Shown: positions 9,560 to 18,973, counted from the first letter of the stretch. The stretch is 64,000 nt of DNA from a virus (IMGVR_UViG_3300028800_000057), one strand, 5' to 3'. The notes: generated from the letters alone by a model not told the origin. Translations and numbers: made by a program.

Positions 9560-9898
9560 ATGCCTGAACTGAAAAACCCTGACTTCTCGACTTGGTTCGG
9601 GACTCCCATGGTTCAAGACCAAAAAGACCCCAATGTATCTCACGGTGAACCCCGTGAAGGGGTTTTATTAGTCGAGACCCTGTACGTTCAGAACCCCTTG
9701 GCAAAAGGGAAGCGACGGGGTGAGGATTGGACCGCCACGATAGAGGTCAGCCTACCCTCCGATTGCATACTCGATACGGTGGCCAAAGGTACTGGTTTTG
9801 AGTCAGATCGATCTGAAGCCCGCGCTCGCGCGATAGCCAATCTCAAAGAACAACTTGACCCAATGATCCAAAACCTAGTATTCTTGGGAGTACTATGA
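9560..9898 (+). CDS. small protein, tandem paralog with dsRBD-like C-terminal motif
   Basis: AKGTGFESDRSEARARAIANL. Confidence 0.45.
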   Translation: MPELKNPDFSTWFGTPMVQDQKDPNVSHGEPREGVLLVETLYVQNPLAKGKRRGEDWTATIEVSLPSDCILDTVAKGTGFESDRSEARARAIANLKEQLDPMIQNLVFLGVL

Positions 9899-10203
9899 GC
9901 GGAGAAGCCAGAAAAGCCTACTTTACCCATGACCCCCAGTTCGATACTTGGTTGGAGAAAACCCTAACAGATGAGGGTACTTACGAGGACAGCGAAGGGT
10001 CCCTCACCGAGTGGTATAACGGGGTCCATTGGAATACTAGGATTCGCATCAAGGGGGACGGTCCTCATATCACCGATGACTTGGTGGCCGAGGGTTGTAG
10101 CGAGGACCGCGCGCTTGCGCGCCAGGAAGCGGAACGTCTTCTGAGGGTGAAGCTTCGGTCCCTCTTGGAAAATGCTGAATCTTTTGGGTTCAGTGATTGT
10201 TGA
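9895..10203 (+). CDS. small protein, tandem paralog with dsRBD-like C-terminal motif
   Basis: AEGCSEDRALARQEAERLL. Confidence 0.45.
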   Translation: MSGEARKAYFTHDPQFDTWLEKTLTDEGTYEDSEGSLTEWYNGVHWNTRIRIKGDGPHITDDLVAEGCSEDRALARQEAERLLRVKLRSLLENAESFGFSDC

Positions 10204-10228
10204 GATCCGCGCCCCTCGCGCGTAATAG
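10197..10228 (+). promoter_or_regulatory. conserved promoter-like motif copy 5
   Basis: TTGTTGAG-N15-GCGTAATAG, gagtATG leader. Confidence 0.6.
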
Positions 10229-10233
10229 AGAGT

Positions 10234-10572
10234 ATGACCTACTCAATCGAAGAACAGAAGCAAATAGCCGAGACCATTCTCAATCAATTGGGTGGGCACA
10301 TCAAACCCATGATTGGTGCCTACAATGTGTTCTCACACGCTGAAGGCGCGCTGTCCTTCCGGTTCAGGTGTCATGCACAGAACCAATCCAATTACTGCAA
10401 GATCACCTTGGTTAACGACACCTACAAGATCGAGTTCAAGTCGATTCGTGGGACCAAGATTACGGACAAGGGTACGTTTGAAGACGTCTATGATGACGTT
10501 CTGAGACCGTTGTTCGAGGGTGAGACTGGTCTGTGCTTGGCATTGCCCGTAGTGCACTTTGCTCGGGCGTAA
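10234..10572 (+). CDS. hypothetical protein
   Basis: ORF after motif copy 5. Confidence 0.5.
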   Translation: MTYSIEEQKQIAETILNQLGGHIKPMIGAYNVFSHAEGALSFRFRCHAQNQSNYCKITLVNDTYKIEFKSIRGTKITDKGTFEDVYDDVLRPLFEGETGLCLALPVVHFARA

Positions 10573-10784
10573 GGGGACGGTTGATTCGAGGCCCAGTTGG
10601 ATACCAGCTGGGCCTCGGTCGTTCCATCAATCTTGAATCACCAATCGACCAAGCCGGCGCTCCGCGCGGTGCTTGGTCTTCTTGATGTAGCGCTTGGTCT
10701 GCCGGCTATGACAGACATAAGTGAGCTCCCAATAGTCCAGCTTGGACATCGAGATGCACTTGGTTGTTCGATTGAGTTGGCTGG

Positions 10785-11336
10785 TCATGCTCTGAAGTCA
10801 ATCTTCTTGACCAGGGTCCGGATGCGCGCCACAACCTTAGCAGGCATCGGGTCGAATAGCCATGACTTAGCAAACTCGTAGCCCCGGTCAATGAACAAGC
10901 CCTTGCGCTTCAGAAGTTCGCATGCCCAATCGTAGTAATTTGCATCATCAGGTCTAGCTTCCGTAGCCAAGGCGGCCGTTTGCGGACGCGTTCCGGCGAT
11001 GATATCATTCAGATGCCAGCGCTCCCACAGGTCACAGAGTTCGGACACCTCAGGGATGTGACCCCAGATCTCTCGGATTGTTGAGACGCACTGACACGAG
11101 GCGATGTACCCTTTTCGATTCCATACATCACCCACGATGGACAGGGTCAGGATCTTGTTCCGACCTTCTTTTAGGTCAACAGAGCGGCTACCCTTCGTAG
11201 GCTTGTAGGTGAGCTTGACCTTCAGAGTACCTCGAACATCCTCAGGTACTATCTCACTAGCAAAGTGATCAGGTAGGCTGATGGTGACTTCATAGTCTTC
11301 TGATGATTTTGTAGCCATGCCCTGTATTACGTACAA
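10785..11336 (-). CDS. hypothetical protein, paralog of 8074..8736 (WGHIPEVSELCDLWERW)
   Basis: shared motif. Confidence 0.55.
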   Translation of the reverse strand: MYVIQGMATKSSEDYEVTISLPDHFASEIVPEDVRGTLKVKLTYKPTKGSRSVDLKEGRNKILTLSIVGDVWNRKGYIASCQCVSTIREIWGHIPEVSELCDLWERWHLNDIIAGTRPQTAALATEARPDDANYYDWACELLKRKGLFIDRGYEFAKSWLFDPMPAKVVARIRTLVKKIDFRA

Positions 11337-11359
11337 TGGGCACTGATCTCAACAAGAAT

Positions 11360-11631
11360 CTACCGGAGTTCCATCATTCTAGTGTGATAGGCACTCTCGA
11401 CCCGTGCGCGCCAAGCGTTGATCTTACCACCCACTTCGCGTTTCTGGTCTGCAGGGACGTCGCCCATCATCCGGAGTACCCCTGTGAAGTCGCTCTGCTT
11501 ACCGAGTATGCAAGCTCTTGCGCTACTCAACGCTTCAGGAGTACGAACCGAAGCAAACTGCTGACGATAGTTTGCTTCAATTACTTGGAGTCTGGCTTCA
11601 ATACTCTGGACAGCTTCCTCTGAGGTAGGCA
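11360..11631 (-). CDS. hypothetical helical protein (track ORF 11360..11803 trimmed to internal ATG to avoid overlapping promoter and + gene)
   Basis: ORF; start choice is inference. Confidence 0.35.
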
Positions 11632-11662
11632 TGATACTCAAGTACACCGAAAGATGTACTTC

Positions 11663-11694
11663 TTGTTGAGATTCCTGCCCGTCATGCGTAATAG
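11663..11694 (+). promoter_or_regulatory. conserved promoter-like motif copy 6
   Basis: TTGTTGAG-N15-GCGTAATAG exact. Confidence 0.6.
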
Positions 11695-11699
11695 AAGAC

Positions 11700-12032
11700 A
11701 TGCCCACCGAAACCGCACGGACCCCCGCTGACTTCGACGCTGCTCTTGAGACTTTCGTCCGTTTGGCCGAGACTAATTCCAACAAGGACAAGTCAGAGCT
11801 CAATCAAGTCACCCTGACCGTCATGCGCGGCCCGCGCTACTGTCGCGTTGTCAGCGCATACACAAATGCTTCGGATCAACGTTCGGTTTTCTGCTTCGTT
11901 GACCGAGATGGGACTATCCTCAAGGCTCACAGTTGGAAGGGTCCTGCAAAGGGCGCGCGGGGTAGCATATTCAACACGGACAAGGGTGCAGCCGCTGTCA
12001 CTCCGTACGGGGCTGTCTACTTCAGACGCTAA
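11700..12032 (+). CDS. hypothetical protein
   Basis: ORF after motif copy 6. Confidence 0.5.
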   Translation: MPTETARTPADFDAALETFVRLAETNSNKDKSELNQVTLTVMRGPRYCRVVSAYTNASDQRSVFCFVDRDGTILKAHSWKGPAKGARGSIFNTDKGAAAVTPYGAVYFRR

Positions 12033-12036
12033 GGAG

Positions 12037-12354
12037 CCTATGGCAAAAGTCACAAGTAGGGTGATTGGAAGGATGATTGGGGAGATCAATGCTGAGGCCA
12101 TCGCTAGGATGGATGCTTTGGCTGAACAGTGGAGAACTGATGTACTAATTCCTTGGTGTCAAAAACATAAGCTCACCATCTTGATCGGCAATGGTACATG
12201 GAAATTCTATGACAAGAACGGTGAATACTTTGACGGAACCGAGCAAGATATGATGAAACCTATTAACAACGTCCTTGGTCAACCCGGACTAGGGTACGGT
12301 GACTACTTCGGGTACCATGTGGAATCAGTAGAGGAAAGCGACTTACTAGCCTAA
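12037..12354 (+). CDS. hypothetical protein (internal ATG of track ORF 11848..12354, preceded by AGGAGCC)
   Basis: SD-like sequence, ORF. Confidence 0.4.
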   Translation, partial: PMAKVTSRVIGRMIGEINAEAIARMDALAEQWRTDVLIPWCQKHKLTILIGNGTWKFYDKNGEYFDGTEQDMMKPINNVLGQPGLGYGDYFGYHVESVEESDLLA

Positions 12355-12365
12355 AGGAAAGAACC

Positions 12366-12590
12366 ATGCCACGAAGCGACCATGTTGTAATCGAGGGAAG
12401 AGTGACCTCTGCTCTGGGTGGTGGTCAGTATGAGGTCAAGTCCCAGGATGGGTCTGATGCAATTCGGGCTCAACTCTGCGGAAAGATGAAGAAATTCGGC
12501 ATTCGCTTGATCCCTGGTGATGATGTGAAAGTCGAAGTCGCGCCGTCGGACAAGACCCACGGTCTTGTCACTTGGAGAACTAAAAAATGA
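12366..12590 (+). CDS. infA: translation initiation factor IF-1 homolog
   Basis: S1-like 74-aa protein; strong similarity to IF1 pattern (HVVIEGRV..G.Y.V....G....A.L.GKM+K..IR+..GD.V.VE..PYD...G.+..R.K). Confidence 0.8.
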   Translation: MPRSDHVVIEGRVTSALGGGQYEVKSQDGSDAIRAQLCGKMKKFGIRLIPGDDVKVEVAPSDKTHGLVTWRTKK

Positions 12591-13162
12591 TGAGCCTGAA
12601 GTTTAGACCACCAGGGTACAGTAGTCCAGAGATGAAAGCTCGTGCTAGAAATCTTTGCACAGAGATCCTTCGTGAGCTAACCGAGTCCAATATGCCCGCG
12701 GTGGCCGAGCTAGACTCTGAGGATCACTATCGAATTGCACTCACGGTTAAGAAGGAGACCTATAACGTGGTGGAGGTTCACGAGATATTCGAACGACGCC
12801 ACCCAACGGGAAAGTTCAAGTTCAAGTACCATCGAATCTATGTGGGCAAGATTCGTGAGTGTGTCTGCAGGATGTACGAGCAGACCGAGGTAGCGAAGAA
12901 CCACTCTATGGTCAAGGTGGCGAATGTTTTGAAGGATCGCTTCCGGGCGATTGAGTCTGCAAGCATTGCGAACCGACTCAGCAAGGATATTGAAAAAGCA
13001 AGGGTGACCCTCGTTGCTAACCTGCGCCGGGACTTCCCTGAATTCACGCAGTACATCCAGGATAGCCCGACGACTGACGTTGAGCTGCGGTTCCGAGTAG
13101 ATGACTTGACCGCAAGACATATGCTCGTAGCTATCGCCCTTGGAGGAGGACTACCCAGGTGA
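12587..13162 (+). CDS. hypothetical protein
   Basis: ORF. Confidence 0.5.
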   Translation: MMSLKFRPPGYSSPEMKARARNLCTEILRELTESNMPAVAELDSEDHYRIALTVKKETYNVVEVHEIFERRHPTGKFKFKYHRIYVGKIRECVCRMYEQTEVAKNHSMVKVANVLKDRFRAIESASIANRLSKDIEKARVTLVANLRRDFPEFTQYIQDSPTTDVELRFRVDDLTARHMLVAIALGGGLPR

Positions 13163-13261
13163 AGGGCTACCTTAGTTAGAAAACGTAACTATTACATCTT
13201 GTTAGGTGTCAGGTTACCTTAGGGTTGCAATTTCAGAGATGCTAGCGTAGAAATACTTCAA

Positions 13262-13498
13262 ATGCCCACCACCCTCCAAGTTTCAGTCGAATTCAACCCA
13301 TTAGAACTAAGTTATGGAGACATGAGGGCTCTGCTTCTCGTTGACTTCGAGAAGCAGTTCATAAGGATGTTGTTGGACCGGCACGGTGGTAATCTATCGA
13401 AGGCGGCCAAGGAAGTGCGGATGGACCGGAAGCACTTGCACGACCTGGCCAAGAAACATGGATTGAGACAAACCCGTAAAGTACTGGAAAAGGAGTAA
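13262..13498 (+). CDS. small Fis-type helix-turn-helix DNA-binding protein
   Basis: C-terminal GGNLSKAAKEVRMDRKHLHDLAKKHGL resembles Fis/NtrC HTH. Confidence 0.5.
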   Translation: MPTTLQVSVEFNPLELSYGDMRALLLVDFEKQFIRMLLDRHGGNLSKAAKEVRMDRKHLHDLAKKHGLRQTRKVLEKE

Positions 13499-13505
13499 GT
13501 GAGTT

Positions 13506-13733
13506 ATGTCATGTTCCAACTGTGGTAGTGAGTATTGTGATGGCGAGAAGTGCGATGAGAACGGGGGCCAAGATCCATTTCCCGACCCAACTATTGACGA
13601 CGATGTTGAAGAGGGGGGTGACGATGGTGTAGAGGGTCTTGATGACGATGAAGATCTTGATGATGACGAAGATCTTGATGATGACGAAGATCTTGATGAT
13701 GACGAAGATCTTGATGATGACGACGAGGAGTGA
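13506..13733 (+). CDS. highly acidic repeat protein (DEDLDDD x4) with N-terminal Cys cluster
   Basis: tandem 21-bp coding repeats; about 50% D/E. Confidence 0.5.
   Translation: MSCSNCGSEYCDGEKCDENGGQDPFPDPTIDDDVEEGGDDGVEGLDDDEDLDDDEDLDDDEDLDDDEDLDDDDEE
13641..13722 (+). repeat. tandem 21-bp repeat GATGACGAAGATCTTGATGAT x about 4 (coding, inside acidic protein gene)
   Basis: direct inspection. Confidence 0.7.
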
Positions 13734-14197
13734 TGCCCACTAATACCCTGACCCGCGCCGAAGCTCACAAGATAGCTAGAGAACTCCTGCAAAGAGAGCG
13801 TAAGCTGGGCGACGAAGCCAATGACCACCACATCGTGAACTTGCTGCTGGATGCGCTTGGGGTCCCAGATTATCCCAAGCAGAGCTACAGCCCTCCTGTC
13901 AAGGATGCACCTAAGGATCCGTATGCTTGCTGGTTTGGTCACGAGATGCGGTGTACAGATGACCGGCAAACCAAGTTCTTCTACGCGGGGACAAGCTACG
14001 CCCTCGATGAAGAGTTAGTTGGTGAGCTTTGGATGTGCAACATCGAACTTTGGACTCCTACCGTCAAGACCAAGGGTTTCAATAAGGATAGATCCGTTTC
14101 TAGGTCGCAAGCCGAAGACCTGTTGCGCTTGTTCGTAGCTAAGGTAGCCACTATCGCGCAGGAGCTTGGGATCTCAGGAGAGGTGAAATCATGCTAG
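13730..14197 (+). CDS. hypothetical protein
   Basis: ORF. Confidence 0.5.
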   Translation: MMPTNTLTRAEAHKIARELLQRERKLGDEANDHHIVNLLLDALGVPDYPKQSYSPPVKDAPKDPYACWFGHEMRCTDDRQTKFFYAGTSYALDEELVGELWMCNIELWTPTVKTKGFNKDRSVSRSQAEDLLRLFVAKVATIAQELGISGEVKSC

Positions 14198-14382
14198 TGT
14201 GTGATAGATGTGGCGAGAGTTACCCGCGAGGGAGTAAGTACTCGACAAGTGACTACTGCGGTACTTGTACCTTCATTCACGGGAGCTTGCCGGAACCCAA
14301 AGTGGATCCCCCACCACTCAAGTACATAGACAGAGCCAACCTACGCTCAAAGGATACGATTGATCCCGAGCCTCCGGTGTAG
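14191..14382 (+). CDS. small zinc-ribbon protein
   Basis: CDRCG...CGTC. Confidence 0.4.
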   Translation: MLVCDRCGESYPRGSKYSTSDYCGTCTFIHGSLPEPKVDPPPLKYIDRANLRSKDTIDPEPPV

Positions 14383-14393
14383 GCTACTGGAGT

Positions 14394-14723
14394 ATGGATC
14401 AAGAATCAGCTATCCAGGTCTTCCTAGCTAGGTACAAGAATCCATTCATCCTAAATGTCTTGAAATCACACATAAGGACCCCAGCGGGCCGCAACAAGCT
14501 AGCTGCAAGTATGATTCAGCCAGTCAAACTGGCGGTTAGTTACTTGGAGTCAACAAGGAAATCCTTGAGTGACATCGAGTACCCTATGCAGTCGCGCGTG
14601 GATGAGTACCAGCGGTTCATAGCTGCAGTTCCTGAGGATGAGCAGAAGGCTGACCCTTTCCCAGAACTGGAGACTCTTGTCAATAAGCTTGCAGCCCTCA
14701 TCGAAAAGCGTAAATTGGGTTGA
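14394..14723 (+). CDS. hypothetical protein
   Basis: ORF. Confidence 0.45.
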   Translation: MDQESAIQVFLARYKNPFILNVLKSHIRTPAGRNKLAASMIQPVKLAVSYLESTRKSLSDIEYPMQSRVDEYQRFIAAVPEDEQKADPFPELETLVNKLAALIEKRKLG

Positions 14724-14748
14724 GATCCTGAGTATTCATGCGTAATAG
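14717..14748 (+). promoter_or_regulatory. conserved promoter-like motif copy 7
   Basis: gGGTTGAG-N15-GCGTAATAG. Confidence 0.55.
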
Positions 14749-14753
14749 TAGGT

Positions 14754-14999
14754 ATGGCAATCTCAGTTATCGATGGTCCTCTAGTTCAGGCTGAAGGACC
14801 CCATGACCACGAGGGTCTCGGTCGCGAGAGGTTTTGGGACATGACTCCCAAGCAACGTCGAGACAACCTAAGCCGGATCACAGAGCAAGCCAATGCTGGT
14901 GCCCTCCAAGCTCCGGATAAAGAGTTCGCTCGGGGTTGGCTGAGTGAGCTTGAACGCTACCGTCGTCACCATGGCGACCCGCTAGGAGATCCCCAGTGA
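14754..14999 (+). CDS. hypothetical protein
   Basis: ORF after motif copy 7. Confidence 0.5.
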   Translation: MAISVIDGPLVQAEGPHDHEGLGRERFWDMTPKQRRDNLSRITEQANAGALQAPDKEFARGWLSELERYRRHHGDPLGDPQ

Positions 15000-15601
15000 A
15001 GCACCACTACAAGTCGAATGAGGCAGCCAGGCAAGCCAAGAGCTTAGGTAAGAGTATCGTAGACGGATTTGCTCTTAAGGGGATCACGAATGCGAGTTGC
15101 AAGCTGGATGACAGGGGGCGCTACGGGATCTTCTTCGATTTCAACCCAAACGAAATCCATGTGCTCGTCATTGAGGATCACCGGAAGAGCCAGTTCGATC
15201 CGAAGAAGGAAGACCCTCCTCTGCTTTCTCTCCAGTATCGAACCATCTATGCGTTAGATGGTTCGGGGAGTAGACCCATCTGCAACGGCCTTACTGTAGG
15301 CAAGACGCTCCCCTCATTGCGCACCATACTCAACAACCTTGGTGTCCGCTACATCAGGCTTCAGACATCTCACTTCAGGTACCTTCAAGCTGATTTAGAG
15401 ACACGTGTCTTCAAGTTGGAAACCCAGAGTCTTGAGGAGGAGTTTCCGAGGTTCAAGGCCAATGTTGGAGGGGAGCCGGGTACTGGATCAGACTTGCACT
15501 CGATTCACTTTGACAAGATACCTATCGGGCGCGCACGGCAAATCTTAGAGATCCTCACCAAATACTTACCTGAGGATTATGAGGTAGGTGAAGGTAACTA
15601 G
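14996..15601 (+). CDS. hypothetical protein
   Basis: ORF. Confidence 0.5.
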   Translation: MKHHYKSNEAARQAKSLGKSIVDGFALKGITNASCKLDDRGRYGIFFDFNPNEIHVLVIEDHRKSQFDPKKEDPPLLSLQYRTIYALDGSGSRPICNGLTVGKTLPSLRTILNNLGVRYIRLQTSHFRYLQADLETRVFKLETQSLEEEFPRFKANVGGEPGTGSDLHSIHFDKIPIGRARQILEILTKYLPEDYEVGEGN

Positions 15602-15632
15602 TTGTAATATTGGTTGAATTTTCAGATTCTTG

Positions 15633-15664
15633 TTGAGTTATGGCGGGATCCTGCGTAATACATG
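15633..15664 (+). promoter_or_regulatory. conserved promoter-like motif copy 8 (TTGTTGAG-N15-GCGTAATAc) with no long ORF downstream
   Basis: motif; only a 38-codon ORF then an 11-bp-stem hairpin follow. Confidence 0.5.
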
Positions 15665-15855
15665 GCATGACCCGCTGGAATAGAACAGCGAGCTTCTGGC
15701 GGCAAACCAGAGGAATGATTGGAACCGACCCAATCAAGAGTTCAACCCTAACCACGAAAGGACTGTGTGACAGAAAAACTTAGAAAATCGATGAGCACCC
15801 GTGAGGGTGGCCACTGAGGCGGGTGCTCATAACTTACTAGTGCTATGCTGTAGTT

Positions 15856-16098
15856 ATGAGTGTCGAGGACAGAATCAGTCTGCTGATATGGAACTCGGAA
15901 GCTGAAACAACCGTTGGAGTTCCACCAAGACCTGGTGAGAAGCCGAAACCCAAGGTTGAGCCCGAGCCGCCCAAAGCTGAACCGGAGCCATCTGGGGCTT
16001 CACCAGCTCGCCCCAGACCTGAGACCATTTACTTTGAGCCTGCGTCGGAGCCGCCTAAGTCGATCGGGAAAGATACCGGAAAACCTAGCGGAGAATGA
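15856..16098 (+). CDS. hypothetical Pro/Glu/Lys-rich protein
   Basis: ORF, low complexity. Confidence 0.3.
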   Translation: MSVEDRISLLIWNSEAETTVGVPPRPGEKPKPKVEPEPPKAEPEPSGASPARPRPETIYFEPASEPPKSIGKDTGKPSGE

Positions 16099-16150
16099 GC
16101 CAGGTTGAATTCTTCCGTGGTGTAATAACACTGAACGGAAGGAACTTGCA

Positions 16151-17056
16151 ATGCCAACAGACAGTGTGAAGACAGAGATTGTGAAGATTGGTTCTGATGA
16201 GGTGGATGCTATTAGAGACAAGGCTGGAAATGGGTGGGTAGTTGTCAGAAGGGTGTGCGAAGTCCTTGGTATTGCTAGTAGTAATCAGATCGTCAAGTTG
16301 AAGAAAGCTCCTTGGGCAGTTGGTATGGACATCATATCAACTGGTCCAGATGGTAAGGAATATGAGCATTTCTGTCTTTCTGTTGACTCAACTCCCATGT
16401 GGCTTGCTACTATTCAAACCGCTAGGGTAAATCCGAAGGTAAAAACCAAGCTTATCCAATTTCAGAAGTTGGCGGCCAAGGCCCTTGCTGACTGGGCTTA
16501 TGGGCGTAACGGAGCCGGCTCTAGTCTCAAGTCTGATGCTATTGCTGAGACGCTAGCAGGGCTAACCAAAGTCATCGTTGAGCTGAACAACAATGTCCAG
16601 GCTCTCAGAGCCCCACTCCTCTCCCACGAACCATCAAGGCAGTTGGCCCGTAAGGTGGAGGATGAGTCGGACGCCGGTGAAGAGGTCAACCTTGTCGACC
16701 TAGCTCCGAGTGAGATTCGTAAGCTACTGAACAGGATGGTCCGTAGATCAGTGGACTACGGATTCGAGTCCGAGTATCGAGCGGCTTGGGACAAGCTCTA
16801 CAGACTGTACTCAAGGGCAAGTGGGGTCGATGTTGCCCAGGAGGCTTTCGAAGCTGGGGTACTTCGTGGGAAAGAAGTGGCAACCTTGGATTGGATTGCT
16901 AAGTATGGCCACCTATACCACCTCTACCGATACGCCAAATCAATTCTGAAGCCTGGGAAGCCAAGAGAGTTGCGTAAAGTTCTCAATAAGGCTATAAAAA
17001 CTGAGGAAGTAGAGTTGTCTGGGATTACAGATTTCGAGAGTATCTGGGATAGTTAA
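16151..17056 (+). CDS. putative DNA-binding/anti-repressor-like protein (Bro-N/Ant-like N-terminal region)
   Basis: N-terminal region resembles phage Ant/Bro-N architecture; weak. Confidence 0.4.
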   Translation: MPTDSVKTEIVKIGSDEVDAIRDKAGNGWVVVRRVCEVLGIASSNQIVKLKKAPWAVGMDIISTGPDGKEYEHFCLSVDSTPMWLATIQTARVNPKVKTKLIQFQKLAAKALADWAYGRNGAGSSLKSDAIAETLAGLTKVIVELNNNVQALRAPLLSHEPSRQLARKVEDESDAGEEVNLVDLAPSEIRKLLNRMVRRSVDYGFESEYRAAWDKLYRLYSRASGVDVAQEAFEAGVLRGKEVATLDWIAKYGHLYHLYRYAKSILKPGKPRELRKVLNKAIKTEEVELSGITDFESIWDS

Positions 17057-17306
17057 TGCTTGACATATCAACCATGAGTATCCGGACGAGGGCTTGGTAT
17101 CTTGCCCGCGCCATTGTTGTCAATCCTTCTGAGGGGGCTGTTCGTCTCTTACTGCAGCTATTTGGGGCCGCCCCTTGTGACGGGTGCGGGTACATCAAAA
17201 GTGGTTGCAGGTGCAACCCGAAGCGGAAGATCCCGCGTCGTCACTGGACTGACTTCTGTAGAGCCGACCGCGCGGAACGGTCGGCTAGAATGGAAAGACT
17301 ACGGTA

Positions 17307-18083
17307 GTGGAACTCATCGAAGCCACCAAGTTCTATGTCCGTCACCGGGAAGGATACCCGGAGACGGTCCTGGGGGACTATGCCCAGCGAGGGTTTACTG
17401 AGTGCGGGGTACAGCTCGAATCCTTTGAGTGGATTGACGACATTGACGAGATACCCGACCTGGGTTCTCATGTAGGGGTTGCTGGTTACATCGGGGATGT
17501 CCATCGGGCTCTTACTCGACTGAACCGACCCATACCGGTGAACGTCGACTACCCTGGGCCGCTTCATCATGTCTTGGGGCGCACTGTCCGGCGCGGGATA
17601 CTTGGGGATGTTCGAGCTTCCAACACCCCAGTGTTCATCAAGCCGGTCAAGCACAAGGAGTTCACTGGATTTGTCTGGTACAACCGTCTGGAGGATCGCC
17701 GGAGGATCGTGACTCAGCCAGACGATGTCGAGGTTTGGATCTCAGACTTCGTGTACTTCAGAGCTGAGTTTCGTAGCTACATCTTGAAGAATGTGATCCT
17801 AGATGTCCGAATCTACAAGGGAGATTGGTCCTTAGCTCCAAATCGTAGGGTCGTCGAGGACTCTGTAGCCCTCATGGCTCAGACGAAACAAGCCCCGTGG
17901 GCCTACTGCCTGGATTGGGGTGTCGACGAGAGCGGGCGCACTCTTCTCGTTGAAATGAATGACGGATACGCAATGGGGCACTATGGACTGAACCCGGCGC
18001 TCTATGCTAGGATGCTTTCAGCCCGTTGGTACGAGATGGCCACTGAAGGACTCAAAGTTCATGCGACTACCAGTATCGATTAG
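17307..18083 (+). CDS. putative ATP-grasp-like protein
   Basis: VFIKP...LLVEMNDGYAMGHYGL pattern; weak. Confidence 0.4.
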   Translation: MELIEATKFYVRHREGYPETVLGDYAQRGFTECGVQLESFEWIDDIDEIPDLGSHVGVAGYIGDVHRALTRLNRPIPVNVDYPGPLHHVLGRTVRRGILGDVRASNTPVFIKPVKHKEFTGFVWYNRLEDRRRIVTQPDDVEVWISDFVYFRAEFRSYILKNVILDVRIYKGDWSLAPNRRVVEDSVALMAQTKQAPWAYCLDWGVDESGRTLLVEMNDGYAMGHYGLNPALYARMLSARWYEMATEGLKVHATTSID

Positions 18084-18396
18084 TACTATTGATGCTAAAC
18101 ATTGCTCACTCAACTGCCGGATCATGAATCTAGGTCGTTGTATGGCGCATGAACACCACCCTGAAGAACTAAAGAGAGATGACTCCAACTACCTTCGAAC
18201 TGAGTACTGTAGCCGGCTAGCCTCCGACAAGTGGCAGGTCATCGAGACCTGTCCCAAGTGCGAGGGACGTTGTGAGGGGGAGAAAGATTCATTTCACACA
18301 GTATGCCTCAAGTGTGGGACTCAATTTGTTCGTACTAATGACCAAGATGAACATTATCTTCGGGAGGCCCGCCCTTCTGAGAAACGTACAGGTTAG
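18061..18396 (+). CDS. small Cys-rich protein, YLRTEYC family member 1 (track ORF 18004..18396)
   Basis: CSLNC...GRC...NYLRTEYC shared with 18411.. and 23478.. Confidence 0.45.
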   Translation: MRLPVSISTIDAKHCSLNCRIMNLGRCMAHEHHPEELKRDDSNYLRTEYCSRLASDKWQVIETCPKCEGRCEGEKDSFHTVCLKCGTQFVRTNDQDEHYLREARPSEKRTG

Positions 18397-18410
18397 GAAA
18401 AGGTTAAGTC

Positions 18411-18629
18411 ATGCAAGCTCTAAAAGTTATCATCCCGTTCGATGCTAGGTGCTGCTCGCTCAACTGTGTGTTCAATAGAACCTACAGTGGGACCTGCACC
18501 GTTCAAGGGGAAGAACCAGGCAAAGCCGAGAAGATTGGTCGAGACGGTGATCTGTATCTCAGGACTGACTACTGTGTCAACAACGCCTCGAGCGACGGAA
18601 GGATCACTCACTTACCAGTAGAAGAGTGA
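18411..18629 (+). CDS. small Cys-rich protein, YLRTEYC family member 2
   Basis: CSLNC...GTC...LYLRTDYC. Confidence 0.45.
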   Translation: MQALKVIIPFDARCCSLNCVFNRTYSGTCTVQGEEPGKAEKIGRDGDLYLRTDYCVNNASSDGRITHLPVEE

Positions 18630-18973
18630 CCCTTGGCATTCCGAACGTGGTACTCAAGAATGGTGTTGGGTATCACTTCGGGTCCAAAGCGTTTCTCGAT
18701 AACAGCCTTCTTGATCAGATAGTCTCGCAGGGTATCCTCAACTATCTGAATGGCTTCTTCGATGGTAGCCACACTCTTACTGGTCGAGTACAGAATAGCT
18801 ACCCCACTAACACGCAATTCGTACTTATAGTACTTCTTCGAATCAAAGGCCCATTCGGTGATCGTAGCCTTGTATGGTCCAGCCTCGATTTGCCAACTAG
18901 TTGTGGTTCCGTCAGCAGAGGGTACGCCCTCTACTGGTTCTCCAAGAAGTACACTAATTCCGTTGATGATCAT
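18608..18973 (-). CDS. hypothetical protein
   Basis: ORF. Confidence 0.45.
   Translation of the reverse strand: MIINGISVLLGEPVEGVPSADGTTTSWQIEAGPYKATITEWAFDSKKYYKYELRVSGVAILYSTSKSVATIEEAIQIVEDTLRDYLIKKAVIEKRFGPEVIPNTILEYHVRNAKGHSSTGK

Noticed and set aside
11336-11623. Plus-strand ORF opposite 11360..11631
   Set aside because: Its Cys/His-rich odd composition and its position between a minus-strand operon and promoter copy 6 favour the minus-strand gene.
13641-13722. Possible CRISPR-like array from regular 21-bp repeats
   Set aside because: The repeats are directly adjacent with no spacers and lie in-frame within a coding sequence.
13394-13969. Minus-strand ORF with SSSSSSR repeats
   Set aside because: It is the antisense mirror image of the DEDLDDD coding repeats. 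The acidic plus-strand gene fits the operon direction.
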